From IMG/VR virus record IMGVR_UViG_3300025237_000002, positions 1 through 64,000 of that record: DNA of 64,000 bases; one strand, given 5' to 3'. Position 1 is the stretch's first letter, and every line of letters starts with the position of its first letter. Below the pieces are notes generated by a model. The model saw only the letters and a program-made list of their open reading frames with translations, did not search any database and was not told where the DNA came from. Of this stretch, positions 9,926 to 19,049 are shown piece after piece. This DNA is from a virus. The translations under genes and the position numbers were made by a program.

Positions 9926-11488
9926 ATGGCAAGAGCAATTAAACCATCAGGAAAAATCGCAATCGTATTATTGATTGCAGTAGGAGCGTTATTCGCCCTA
10001 TGGTCAACGGACAATTTGAACTTCGCATCTGTATTTCCAGATGAAGATTCGAATTCCGAAACAACTAGTTCAACTAGAAAGGTAAATAAGGACGTACCTA
10101 AAGACGTTCTAACAATAAACGTAGGTGTTGTAACTTGGGGTGGATATGTCGGAGGACAGTATTTCAACGAAGGGTTCGATGCTAATACAAACTCAAGATT
10201 CTATAAAGATTATGGGTTCTTAGTAAACTTTGAAGTTATTGATGACTTTAATGCATCAAGAGCGGCTTGGAAATCAGGTGATATCGATTTACTATGGGCA
10301 ACCACTGGCTCATTCTCAACGGAAGCTCCAGGTTTGAAAGAATTTGAACCACAAATTATATTCCAATCAGATTGGTCTAGAGGTGGTGATGCAGTAGTAG
10401 TACGTAAAGGTATTACAACAGTGAATGATTTAAAAGGTAAAACCATTGCGGTAGCACCTATGACACCATCACATACATTCTTCCTAAACTTATTAGAAGC
10501 GGGAAGTCTTAAACAAACTGACTTAACAGTAATCGAAGTATCTAACGCAATCGATGCGGCTGATATGTTCAAAAATGGACAAGTTGATGCGGCTGTAGTA
10601 TGGTCACCTGACGATATTAGTTGTGTGAATTCAGTAAAAGGTTCTAAAATCCTTCAATCAACTAAACAAGCATCTTATATAATTGCTGATATGTTTATCG
10701 CTAAAAAGAGCTTCGTTAATAGTCACAAGGCTGAGTTAGGTCAATTAGTAACTGGTTGGTTAACTGGTGCGGGTGAAATTAACACAAATGCTGGGTCTAA
10801 AAACAAAGCAGTTCAAATATTAGCGTCTGGTCTTAACATCAGTGAAAGCGATGCACTAGGGTCTATTGACAATGTTAGGTTAACTACATATGGAGATAAC
10901 GTTAATTACTACGGGTTGAACCCTGACTTTAACGGTGTAACAGGAGAGAAAATATATGCTCAAATGTCTCAAAAATATAAGCAAGTTGGTTATTTAAGTG
11001 AAAATACATATTGGAGAACAGTAGGTAATCCTAATATAATTAGAAGTATCACTTTAACTGGTAGTGCTAATTCAGCTGAGGGAAGTGTTAAATTCACTAA
11101 ACCAACAGTAACCATGGCTGACACCAAACTTACAACTGCGGTATCAACTAAACAAGTAACTGTATCATTCCCAACTGGTAGTGCTACATTATCAGAAGAC
11201 TCTAAATATAAAATTGATAGAGAATTTTTAGAAATCGCACAAAACTTTGCTAACGCTAGAATTAGAATTTCAGGTAATACTGATAACACTGGTAGCTATC
11301 AAGGTAACGTAACATTATCAAAACGTAGAGCGCAAGCTGTAGCAAGTTACTTAAGTAATGAGCATGGTTTTGATAGAAACAGATTTGTAGTAGTAGGGAA
11401 TGGTCCTGATTACCCAACTGCATCAAATGGTTCTGCCGAAGGTAGAGCACAAAACAGAAGGACTGACTTTGAATTGATTTCAGAGTAG
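9926..11488 (+). CDS. ABC substrate-binding protein (SsuA/TauA/NMT1 type) fused to a C-terminal OmpA-like peptidoglycan-binding domain
   Basis: DWSRGGDAVV, DLKGKTIA, VDAAVVWSPD; OmpA motifs GNTDNTG, LSKRRAQAV, NRRTDF. Confidence 0.88.
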   Translation: MARAIKPSGKIAIVLLIAVGALFALWSTDNLNFASVFPDEDSNSETTSSTRKVNKDVPKDVLTINVGVVTWGGYVGGQYFNEGFDANTNSRFYKDYGFLVNFEVIDDFNASRAAWKSGDIDLLWATTGSFSTEAPGLKEFEPQIIFQSDWSRGGDAVVVRKGITTVNDLKGKTIAVAPMTPSHTFFLNLLEAGSLKQTDLTVIEVSNAIDAADMFKNGQVDAAVVWSPDDISCVNSVKGSKILQSTKQASYIIADMFIAKKSFVNSHKAELGQLVTGWLTGAGEINTNAGSKNKAVQILASGLNISESDALGSIDNVRLTTYGDNVNYYGLNPDFNGVTGEKIYAQMSQKYKQVGYLSENTYWRTVGNPNIIRSITLTGSANSAEGSVKFTKPTVTMADTKLTTAVSTKQVTVSFPTGSATLSEDSKYKIDREFLEIAQNFANARIRISGNTDNTGSYQGNVTLSKRRAQAVASYLSNEHGFDRNRFVVVGNGPDYPTASNGSAEGRAQNRRTDFELISE

Positions 11489-11498
11489 ATATATTCAT

Positions 11499-11550
11499 TA
11501 AAAAAGCGTGAGATTACGTGACATCTGTCTACCCTCTCACGCTTTTTTTT
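11499..11550 (+). terminator. Intrinsic terminator or stabilising hairpin after the SBP gene
   Basis: AAAAAAGCGTGAGA / TCTCACGCTTTTTTTT. Confidence 0.75.
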
Positions 11551-11562
11551 TAAATCTTAAAT

Positions 11563-12357
11563 ATGAAAAAATATTTTAAATTAAGAGGTGAGTTATCAAA
11601 GAAAGCTGAAACATTAATTGGTTTTGGTGGACTTATAGCAATATTGTTGACTTGGTATGGTATTACCAGTAGTGGTCTAGTATCAAAGTCAATCCTACCA
11701 AATCCAGTAGATGTTCTGGCATCATTTAAAACTTTACACTTTGACAAGTTTTTGATTAAGAACACTCTTTATTCATTAAAACTTAATTACCTAGGATATA
11801 TACAAGCTGTGCTTATAGCAATCCCATTAGGGTTTATAATAGGTTTATTTCCATTCTTTAGAGCATTACTATCTAAGTATGTAGATTCAAGTAGATTCAT
11901 CCCCTTAACGGCTTTAACAGGTTTATTCATTGTTTGGTTCGGGATTCAAGATAACATGAAAGTACAATTCTTAGCATTTGGTATTATGGTTTACTTATTA
12001 CCAATCGTAGTGCAACGAATATCACAAGTTTCAGAAGTATATGTACAAGCGGCTCAAACGTTAGGCGGTACTAAATGGCAAATAATTAAACATGTATTCT
12101 TACCAGCAGTTTTGAGTAAGTTATTTGATGACATTAAAGTTATCGTAGCAATTTCATGGACGTACATTATCATTGCAGAAATGGTGAATAGTACAGGTGG
12201 TATTGGAGCAATGATATTCAAATCAGCAAGACAAAGTAGGACCGAAGAAGTATTCGCACTCTTAATTGTTATAGTTGTAATCGGAATCATCCAAGATAAA
12301 TTATTCACATGGGCTGATAAATTAATCTTCCCATATAAACACTTAACCAAAGCGTAA
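11563..12357 (+). CDS. ABC transporter permease (SsuC/TauC type)
   Basis: Multiple TM helices; EAA-like AAQTLGGTKWQIIKHVFLP; IIAEM...GIG. Confidence 0.9.
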   Translation: MKKYFKLRGELSKKAETLIGFGGLIAILLTWYGITSSGLVSKSILPNPVDVLASFKTLHFDKFLIKNTLYSLKLNYLGYIQAVLIAIPLGFIIGLFPFFRALLSKYVDSSRFIPLTALTGLFIVWFGIQDNMKVQFLAFGIMVYLLPIVVQRISQVSEVYVQAAQTLGGTKWQIIKHVFLPAVLSKLFDDIKVIVAISWTYIIIAEMVNSTGGIGAMIFKSARQSRTEEVFALLIVIVVIGIIQDKLFTWADKLIFPYKHLTKA

Positions 12358-12358
12358 T

Positions 12359-13174
12359 ATGGAATTTATAAACGATTTAGCAAAGCCAGACATAATTGAA
12401 TTAAGAGGGATTGAAAAATCCTACGGTCTAGGTGATAAAAAGAAAACAATCATAGAAGGTTTCAACTTCTTAATTGAACGAAATGAAAATATTGTTAACG
12501 GTAAAAGACAAGGACAATTTAAAACGATTCTAGGACCTTCAGGTTGTGGAAAATCAACTGTCCTAAGAATGATTGCGGGATTAACAAAACCGACTAGTGG
12601 TAGTGTTCTAATTGACGAAGTGCCAATAACTGAAAGCCCTAAGATAGGGATGGTGTTTCAAAAATACTCTAATTTTCCATGGTTAACAGTTCTTGAAAAT
12701 GTTGCACTTGGATTAAAATTTCAAGGTATTAATAAGAAAGAACGTCAAGAGAGAGCAATGGAAATGGTTAAATTGGTAGGTCTTGAAGGACATGAAGATA
12801 AGTTCGCTCAATACCCAACCTTATCAGGTGGTCAACTGCAACGTGTAGCGATTGCAAGAAGCCTTGTAGCGAGTCCAAACATATTGTTAATGGATGAACC
12901 ATTTGGTGCATTAGATGTTAAGACAAGGTTGCAGATGCAAGATTTGTTGGTTACTATCTATGAGACATTAAATCCAACTATCATCTTTGTAACGCATGAT
13001 ATCCAAGAAGCTGTATACTTGTCAGATGACATATACATTATGGGTACGGCACCTAGTAAATTTGTAATGCATTATGATATTGCGTTACCATTTAATAGAA
13101 AGGGTATTAAAAGAGACCCAAAATTTATGAAAATTGTAGAACAAATTGAAGACACGATGATGTCTATTAATTAA
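12359..13174 (+). CDS. ABC transporter ATP-binding protein (SsuB/TauB type)
   Basis: GPSGCGKS, LSGGQ, LLMDEPFGALD, VTHD. Confidence 0.95.
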   Translation: MEFINDLAKPDIIELRGIEKSYGLGDKKKTIIEGFNFLIERNENIVNGKRQGQFKTILGPSGCGKSTVLRMIAGLTKPTSGSVLIDEVPITESPKIGMVFQKYSNFPWLTVLENVALGLKFQGINKKERQERAMEMVKLVGLEGHEDKFAQYPTLSGGQLQRVAIARSLVASPNILLMDEPFGALDVKTRLQMQDLLVTIYETLNPTIIFVTHDIQEAVYLSDDIYIMGTAPSKFVMHYDIALPFNRKGIKRDPKFMKIVEQIEDTMMSIN

Positions 13175-13184
13175 AAAATGAAAT

Positions 13185-13469
13185 ATGTATAGTTTAATAT
13201 ATTTTTTAGTGTTATCTTTGGCGCAGTATCTATTCTACCTTTGGAAAAGGTCAGATTTAAGAGATTACCAAGAGGTGGTAAGTGGTGTGGCAAATTTTAG
13301 TGGTGCTGATAAACATAACGTTTATAAAAGAAGTGTCATTTTTTTAAATAACATGTTAGGTATTTTTAAAGGGTACTTATGGATTCCAGTACTAATTGTA
13401 TTGGTTCTTAATGGTATCGTATCAATTATTATGGGAAGTTTAACGCATTTAATTGTTAGTTTTTTCTAA
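13185..13469 (+). CDS. Small membrane protein
   Basis: Two hydrophobic segments. Confidence 0.6.
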   Translation: MYSLIYFLVLSLAQYLFYLWKRSDLRDYQEVVSGVANFSGADKHNVYKRSVIFLNNMLGIFKGYLWIPVLIVLVLNGIVSIIMGSLTHLIVSFF

Positions 13470-13571
13470 CAATTATATCGGATGTTTATCATCCAATAAG
13501 TAAGTCCTGAAAACTTCAGGCAAAATAACTAAGTCCTAAAAAATTAGGCACAATAATTAAAACAATAACTT

Positions 13572-14213
13572 ATGAGAAATTTAATCTTAGGCTTTTTTGC
13601 CTTATTTATTACAGTGGCAGTTTCTGCCCAAAATTATTCTTATTTCGACAACGATGTGAGATTTTATGATGACAAAGAAATGTTGGGTGACCCAGTGGTA
13701 ACACTTACTCATTTTGGTCAATTCCAAATAACTGAAAGTTTCGGTTTCACGGATTATGCTTCAATTGAAGGAAATGATGCGTATAGCTACGGTCAAGTCT
13801 TATTAGGTGGGTATTATAACTTTGGTAACTTTACTGCTTATGTAATGGCTGGTAAAGAAAGTATTTCTAATGACGTTAGATTTGGATATATGTTATACTA
13901 CACAACTGGAGATGACTTTAGAGCATATGGATTCTATCAACGAAATGGTGACCCATTTGCAAGCGATACTAAAGATAGTGAATGGTACGATGTTATGGCA
14001 CGATTTGCTTTAATATCAAAAACTAAAAACTCAGTATATGTCGGTGGACGTTTTATGACTTATTACGGATTAGGACCAACAGTTAGTGTAAGACAATCTT
14101 TAAGTGATACAAGTAATGTCTATGTAGGATTTACAATGTATAATGATGTTGCTGACGATTACAGTGATGGTGATTGGACTCCAACGCTAACGTTAGCGGT
14201 TGAATTCAACTAA
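13572..14213 (+). CDS. Putative outer-membrane beta-barrel protein
   Basis: Signal peptide ending VSA-Q; alternating aromatic/Gly strands; C-terminal LTLAVEFN. Confidence 0.6.
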   Translation: MRNLILGFFALFITVAVSAQNYSYFDNDVRFYDDKEMLGDPVVTLTHFGQFQITESFGFTDYASIEGNDAYSYGQVLLGGYYNFGNFTAYVMAGKESISNDVRFGYMLYYTTGDDFRAYGFYQRNGDPFASDTKDSEWYDVMARFALISKTKNSVYVGGRFMTYYGLGPTVSVRQSLSDTSNVYVGFTMYNDVADDYSDGDWTPTLTLAVEFN

Positions 14214-14235
14214 TAGATAGTAGATAAATAGAAAT

Positions 14236-14266
14236 AAAACCCATGCAAAAAGTGTGGGTTTTTTTT
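14236..14266 (+). terminator. Intrinsic terminator
   Basis: AAAACCCATGC / GTGTGGGTTTT followed by a T-run. Confidence 0.75.
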
Positions 14267-14296
14267 AAGGGAGTTTTAACTAAAAATACAAAATAA

Positions 14297-15031
14297 TTGG
14301 GAGCAAAAGAAAGTTATCACTTAGACAAAAAACCTTACGGAAATCATAAAATGTATTCAATTAAAGAAGAGTTTTTAGCCCACGTAGATACCAAAAGAAT
14401 GAATTGGTACTTAGATAGAGATTTAGCAATTATGCTGAATGAGAAGGACTTTAGACTAACATTCAAGAGTAAAGGTGATAGGCGTGACGCTGAAACAGCT
14501 TACTATAAATTAGAATTACAAAATAAGTGTGTGGTTTGTGGAAATGAAGATGAACTAACAAAACATCACGTAGTTCCAACTCAATATCGTAAGTACTTAC
14601 CAATGAATTATAAATCTAAAAGCTCATTTGATGTGCTTGTTATATGTTCTGACTGTCATCATGAATATGAAGCAATCGCTGATGTGCTAAAATTAGAGAT
14701 ACTAACTAAATATGGTCTGGAAAATCATTCTAAACAAATGATTAAGATTAAATCATATCATAATACGTTAAGTAATCATTCACAATATCTTTCAGATGAT
14801 AGACGAAGTGAAATGGTTGAATGCCTTGAAACTTATTTCGAGTCAACAATTGAAGAAATTCTAGCTGTTGATGATTATGAGTTCGAGTCAACAACTTATT
14901 TATTAATGAAGAATATTACTGACTATGAGGATTTTGTAATCATGTGGAGAAAGCATTTTATTAAACATGCTAACCCACAACACTTGCCACAAGAATGGAT
15001 TGATGAAATTAATCTTGTAATTAGACAATAA
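14297..15031 (+). CDS. HNH-like nuclease resembling the EXD2 C-terminal HNH-like domain
   Basis: WYL, YY...NKCVVCG, HHVVP..YRKYLP, DVLVICSDCH. Confidence 0.7.
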   Translation: MGAKESYHLDKKPYGNHKMYSIKEEFLAHVDTKRMNWYLDRDLAIMLNEKDFRLTFKSKGDRRDAETAYYKLELQNKCVVCGNEDELTKHHVVPTQYRKYLPMNYKSKSSFDVLVICSDCHHEYEAIADVLKLEILTKYGLENHSKQMIKIKSYHNTLSNHSQYLSDDRRSEMVECLETYFESTIEEILAVDDYEFESTTYLLMKNITDYEDFVIMWRKHFIKHANPQHLPQEWIDEINLVIRQ

Positions 15032-15408
15032 AAATTTGGTAGTGTCACATTAAATGTGTATATTTGTACCACAATAAATTATAATTTTATGAAATGGACA
15101 ACAACTAATATAATGCTTGCGATATTAATTGCAGCTAGTTTAGTTACCAGCTATAAACTACACCAAGTAGTTAACAGGTACGATGATATGAAAGTTCAAG
15201 TAACTAAAGTAGTCGGTGAAGTAGATGTTAAAATCGATGACTTCAATAAAGTACTTGAAGATTTCACACTCAAATACGGTGATGAAATCGCAGAAGGATT
15301 AAAAGAAGAAGCGGATATCTTAAGAGCTGATGCTGAAAAATACGCTGACTCTCTTAGAGTCAAAGCGAGTACATTTTTAAAAAAAATTAATACTAAAACA
15401 ACAGAATA

Positions 15409-15678
15409 ATGAAAAAATTAATGATTATCGGGATACTATCCCTATTTATGTTTTCTTGTACGGAAAATTCAAGAGCTAAAACCTTTGGTGGAACGGCTAA
15501 ATTAGCAGTTCCTTGCGGGCAGAAAGTTCTAAACATCACTTGGAAAGATAATGAACTATGGTACAGTACTGTACCAATGGAAGCTGGTTATACGCCACGA
15601 GTACACACATTTTCAGAAGAGTCTTCTTGGGGTGTGATGGAAGGAAATTATATAATTACTGAAACTAAATGTAACTAA
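15409..15678 (+). CDS. Lipoprotein
   Basis: Signal peptide with lipobox LFMFSC. Confidence 0.7.
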   Translation: MKKLMIIGILSLFMFSCTENSRAKTFGGTAKLAVPCGQKVLNITWKDNELWYSTVPMEAGYTPRVHTFSEESSWGVMEGNYIITETKCN

Positions 15679-15680
15679 TT

Positions 15681-16226
15681 ATGGAACAGATTCTTGAAAA
15701 TTTAACAGGGTTTATCCTGTTCGGAAGTGTGTTATGGTTTTGGGTATTCACATCAGCATTCTTATTAGTATTATTTTTATCCGACATTTATGAAAACGGT
15801 TATTATGCATTCGTGTCATTTCTAATATTTCTTGGATTTTTACATTTCAAGAGTAATTTAGATTTACTAAGTTTTATTCAATTATATTGGTATACACCTT
15901 TCATATACTTAGGAATTGGAATGATATACGCAATGATTAGAACCTACTTTTATGGTAGAAAACCATATAAACCACCTTTTGTTAATAAAGAGGATAGTGC
16001 TGAAAAAGTAAGAGAATTAAAAAGAGAAGCGTTAAAATCTAAATTAAAAAAGAATGTATTTAGATGGTGGTTCTTATTTCCAATATCATTTATAAATTGG
16101 GTATTATCTGATTTACTAAAAGAGTTCTTCAGTGCAATTTACAGTAAATTGAGAAAGGTATTTGAAGGTATCTTAGATATGGGTATAAATTCAGTTTCAA
16201 CTGAAGATGAAAAAGATTCAGAGTAA
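15681..16226 (+). CDS. Multi-pass membrane protein
   Basis: Several hydrophobic helices. Confidence 0.65.
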   Translation: MEQILENLTGFILFGSVLWFWVFTSAFLLVLFLSDIYENGYYAFVSFLIFLGFLHFKSNLDLLSFIQLYWYTPFIYLGIGMIYAMIRTYFYGRKPYKPPFVNKEDSAEKVRELKREALKSKLKKNVFRWWFLFPISFINWVLSDLLKEFFSAIYSKLRKVFEGILDMGINSVSTEDEKDSE

Positions 16227-16424
16227 TGAAAAACCTAGAAATCAACATCTTAAAATCTGTAATTAAAAATCTAAAGGATTCTGCCAAAAGTGGTTGGCGA
16301 TATGGAGATTTTGAAGAATGGGCAAATTTTGCTAAGAAGATGAAAAGTACTATTAAAAGTAATGTTTCTGTATTAGAGACGTTATTAGAAGAGAAAGAAG
16401 AAGAGAAAGAAGAAGAGGAATAAA

Positions 16425-16626
16425 GAAGTGACTCAATGGTACTTGAGTAAGGGGGACGTAACTGCCTAGGTAATTGTTACGTCTGCGACCAAAAAATTGT
16501 ACTTGGAAGAGTGCCCTCAATCCAAAGGTTGAATTCCTAGATTTCGACTTTGAACAAAAGGGGTTTTTAAGGGACCATATAAATCACCTGGTTTTCCAGA
16601 CGAAGAGAGAAACTTCAGGTCCTTTT
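16425..16626 (+). ncRNA. ~190-nt structured RNA candidate, 6S (SsrS)-like rod
   Basis: ORF-free; nested pairings GAAGT/ACTTC, ATGGT/ACCAT, CTTGAG/TTTAAG, TTGTT/AACAA, GGAA/TTCC, TCAATC/GGTTGA. Confidence 0.4.
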
Positions 16627-16716
16627 TAAAAAAAGTATAAAACAATTTGTATATTAAATAAAATTGTTTTATATTTGCAGTAACATACACCATTAGGTGT
16701 TAAAAATAAAAATATT

Positions 16717-18552
16717 ATGAAAACAATGTATTTAAAAATTTTCACAATCCTAGTATTCTTAACGGGATTTTCAAACTTATCAGCGCAAGATTTTATATTA
16801 GCACCTAATGGTGTTACTTGTCTATGTCCAACAGCAAGTGTTGGTGATACAGGGGATGTAAATGGAATTACTTATACCAAAAGAACAAGAGAAGATATTA
16901 CAGATGTAAATGCGGATACTACTTGTACGAGTGACATTACAGATATGTCAGAATTGTTTTGGGGTCACACTGATTTTAATGGTGATATTAGTTCTTGGGA
17001 TACGAGTTCTGTGGTTAACATGGAATTTACATTAGCAGATACACAAGTATTTAATCAAAATATAGGGTTTTGGGATGTGAGTTCTGTTACAAATATGAAA
17101 GCATTATTTGCTGGAGCTTCTTTATTTAATCAAGATATTAGTTCTTGGGATACGAGTTCTGTGGTTAACATGGAAGGATTATTTGCAGTTGCATCAGTTT
17201 TTAATCAAGATATAAATAGTTGGGATGTAGGTAATGTTACTAACATGACCAATATGTTTACAATGGCTTCTTTATTTAATCAAGATATAGAGATTTGGCA
17301 ATTCAACTCTAATGTTGAATTTGATAGTTTTGTCAGTAATTCTGGTTTGGATATAAATAATTATAACTCCTTGTTAAATGCTTTTTCAACTCAAAATCTA
17401 ACTAACAAAACATTAAATTCAGATAATTTAACTTATTGTAATATAACCGCTTGGGAAGATTTAGTAAATAATAAAGGTTGGACGATTTCAGGGGATACTT
17501 ATTCTCAAACTATTATCGAAGCACCAAATAATGTGGGTGTTGCACCAGATAGTGGCACTTGTATAGCTACAAATGTAGACCTTGGTACACCTACGATTAC
17601 TAATGCATGTGGAACTACAACAGTTACTAATGATGCGCCATCTGAATACCAAATAGGTGATACCGATATTATTTGGACAGTTGTCGATGAAAATGGTGTG
17701 GAATCAACAGATTTACAAACCGTATCAGTAATAATAGATGTCGATATTGCAGAACTATGTTATGTAAGTAGTGATGATATTGAAGTAACTAAAAATAGAG
17801 TCTTTCTTTTTAATATAGATGGGCTTAATGTTGATAATTATGAAGTGTTAAGAGAAACAACTACGGGTGGTGTTTATGAAACTATTGGTTTTATAGTACC
17901 ACCAGCAAATTCATTTTTGGATAATACATCAAATAACTCTACTCAAGCATATCGTTACAAAGTTCAAACTTTAGATATCTGTGGTACTTTGTCAGAAGAA
18001 TCACCTTATCATAAAACGATTTTATTGCAAAGTAGTATTGCGGCAAATAATACAATAAATCTTAGTTGGACACCATATGTTGGTACTGATTATACAACGT
18101 ATAATATTTTCAAACAGATTAACGGTGGGACTTTTGAATTATTTACTTCAATAGCGTCTACGAATTTAACATATAATGACATTGAAGTGGACTTATCAAT
18201 AAACTCATACGCATATTATGTTTCAATTGATGTCGCTGGTTGTATCGGAACACCATTTATGTCAGAGGCGATTAGGTCAAATCAAGATGGTACGATGATA
18301 CTTGATGTTGTAGACGTTGAACAATTGAAAAAATCTATTATTTTGTTTCCAAATCCATCAAGCTCAATAGTTAACGTTAGTGTTCCTAATGATGTGATGT
18401 TTAATAAAGTTAGTGTAATAAACAATATTGGACAAGTAGTTGCTAAATATAACACTAAGACTTTCAATGTTGAGAGTTTAATAGGTGGTATATATTACAT
18501 AACAATTGAAACCGATAAAGGCGTTTTTACTAAGAGATTAATAAAACGATAA
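16717..18552 (+). CDS. BspA/DUF285-repeat surface protein with HYR-like and FN3-like domains and a T9SS type A sorting domain
   Basis: Signal peptide; repeats FNQDISSWDTSSVVNM; C-terminal LFPNPSS...GIYYITI...TKRLIKR. Confidence 0.88.
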   Translation: MKTMYLKIFTILVFLTGFSNLSAQDFILAPNGVTCLCPTASVGDTGDVNGITYTKRTREDITDVNADTTCTSDITDMSELFWGHTDFNGDISSWDTSSVVNMEFTLADTQVFNQNIGFWDVSSVTNMKALFAGASLFNQDISSWDTSSVVNMEGLFAVASVFNQDINSWDVGNVTNMTNMFTMASLFNQDIEIWQFNSNVEFDSFVSNSGLDINNYNSLLNAFSTQNLTNKTLNSDNLTYCNITAWEDLVNNKGWTISGDTYSQTIIEAPNNVGVAPDSGTCIATNVDLGTPTITNACGTTTVTNDAPSEYQIGDTDIIWTVVDENGVESTDLQTVSVIIDVDIAELCYVSSDDIEVTKNRVFLFNIDGLNVDNYEVLRETTTGGVYETIGFIVPPANSFLDNTSNNSTQAYRYKVQTLDICGTLSEESPYHKTILLQSSIAANNTINLSWTPYVGTDYTTYNIFKQINGGTFELFTSIASTNLTYNDIEVDLSINSYAYYVSIDVAGCIGTPFMSEAIRSNQDGTMILDVVDVEQLKKSIILFPNPSSSIVNVSVPNDVMFNKVSVINNIGQVVAKYNTKTFNVESLIGGIYYITIETDKGVFTKRLIKR

Positions 18553-18555
18553 AAA

Positions 18556-19010
18556 CTTGTTTGTTAAATATATTTGTAGTATATTTGCAGAGTCAAAATT
18601 CAGGAATGGTAAATTGGTAAAGCACCATGGGGGAACTGTGGGATGTAGGTTCGAATCCTTAAGTATAGTGAAAGCTAAACGACTATGGTAGTATTGTAGG
18701 TTCAAGTCCTACTTCCTGAACAACTAAATGGTTAATAATCAACCATTTAAAAAAAGATTAAAAAAAATGTGATTTTTGCTTGTTTATTAAATATATATAT
18801 AGTACATTTGCAGAGTCGAAAGAAAGTTATTATGGTTAACATAAAACTTTTGAAAATAAATTCAAAAAGACTTGTTTATTACAATATAATGTAGTATATT
18901 TGCAGAGTCGAAAGAAAGTTATTATAGTGGTAAGTTATCACAATAAAAACTTTTTTAAATTAAAAGCAAAAAGACTTGTTTATTAAAATAATAAGTTGTA
19001 TATTTGCAAA
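18556..19010 (+). promoter_or_regulatory. Four tandem near-consensus promoters (-7 elements at 18580, 18803, 18895, 18999)
   Basis: Each is CTTGTTT-n-TAyATTTGCArAGTC. Confidence 0.8.
18600..18720 (+). tRNA. tRNA-like RNA with two T-arms or an insertion in the anticodon arm
   Basis: TCAGGAA/TTCCTGA acceptor; D-loop TGGTA; two GTAGG-TTCRA-TCCT arms. Confidence 0.5.
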
Positions 19011-19049
19011 GTCGTTTAGAAATAGACGACACGTTCTTAAAAATATTGA

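Noticed and set aside
16450-16548. tmRNA 5' end (GGGGGACGTAACTG ... ATTTCGAC)
   Set aside because: The motifs are too far apart and there is no matching T-arm/acceptor 3' end
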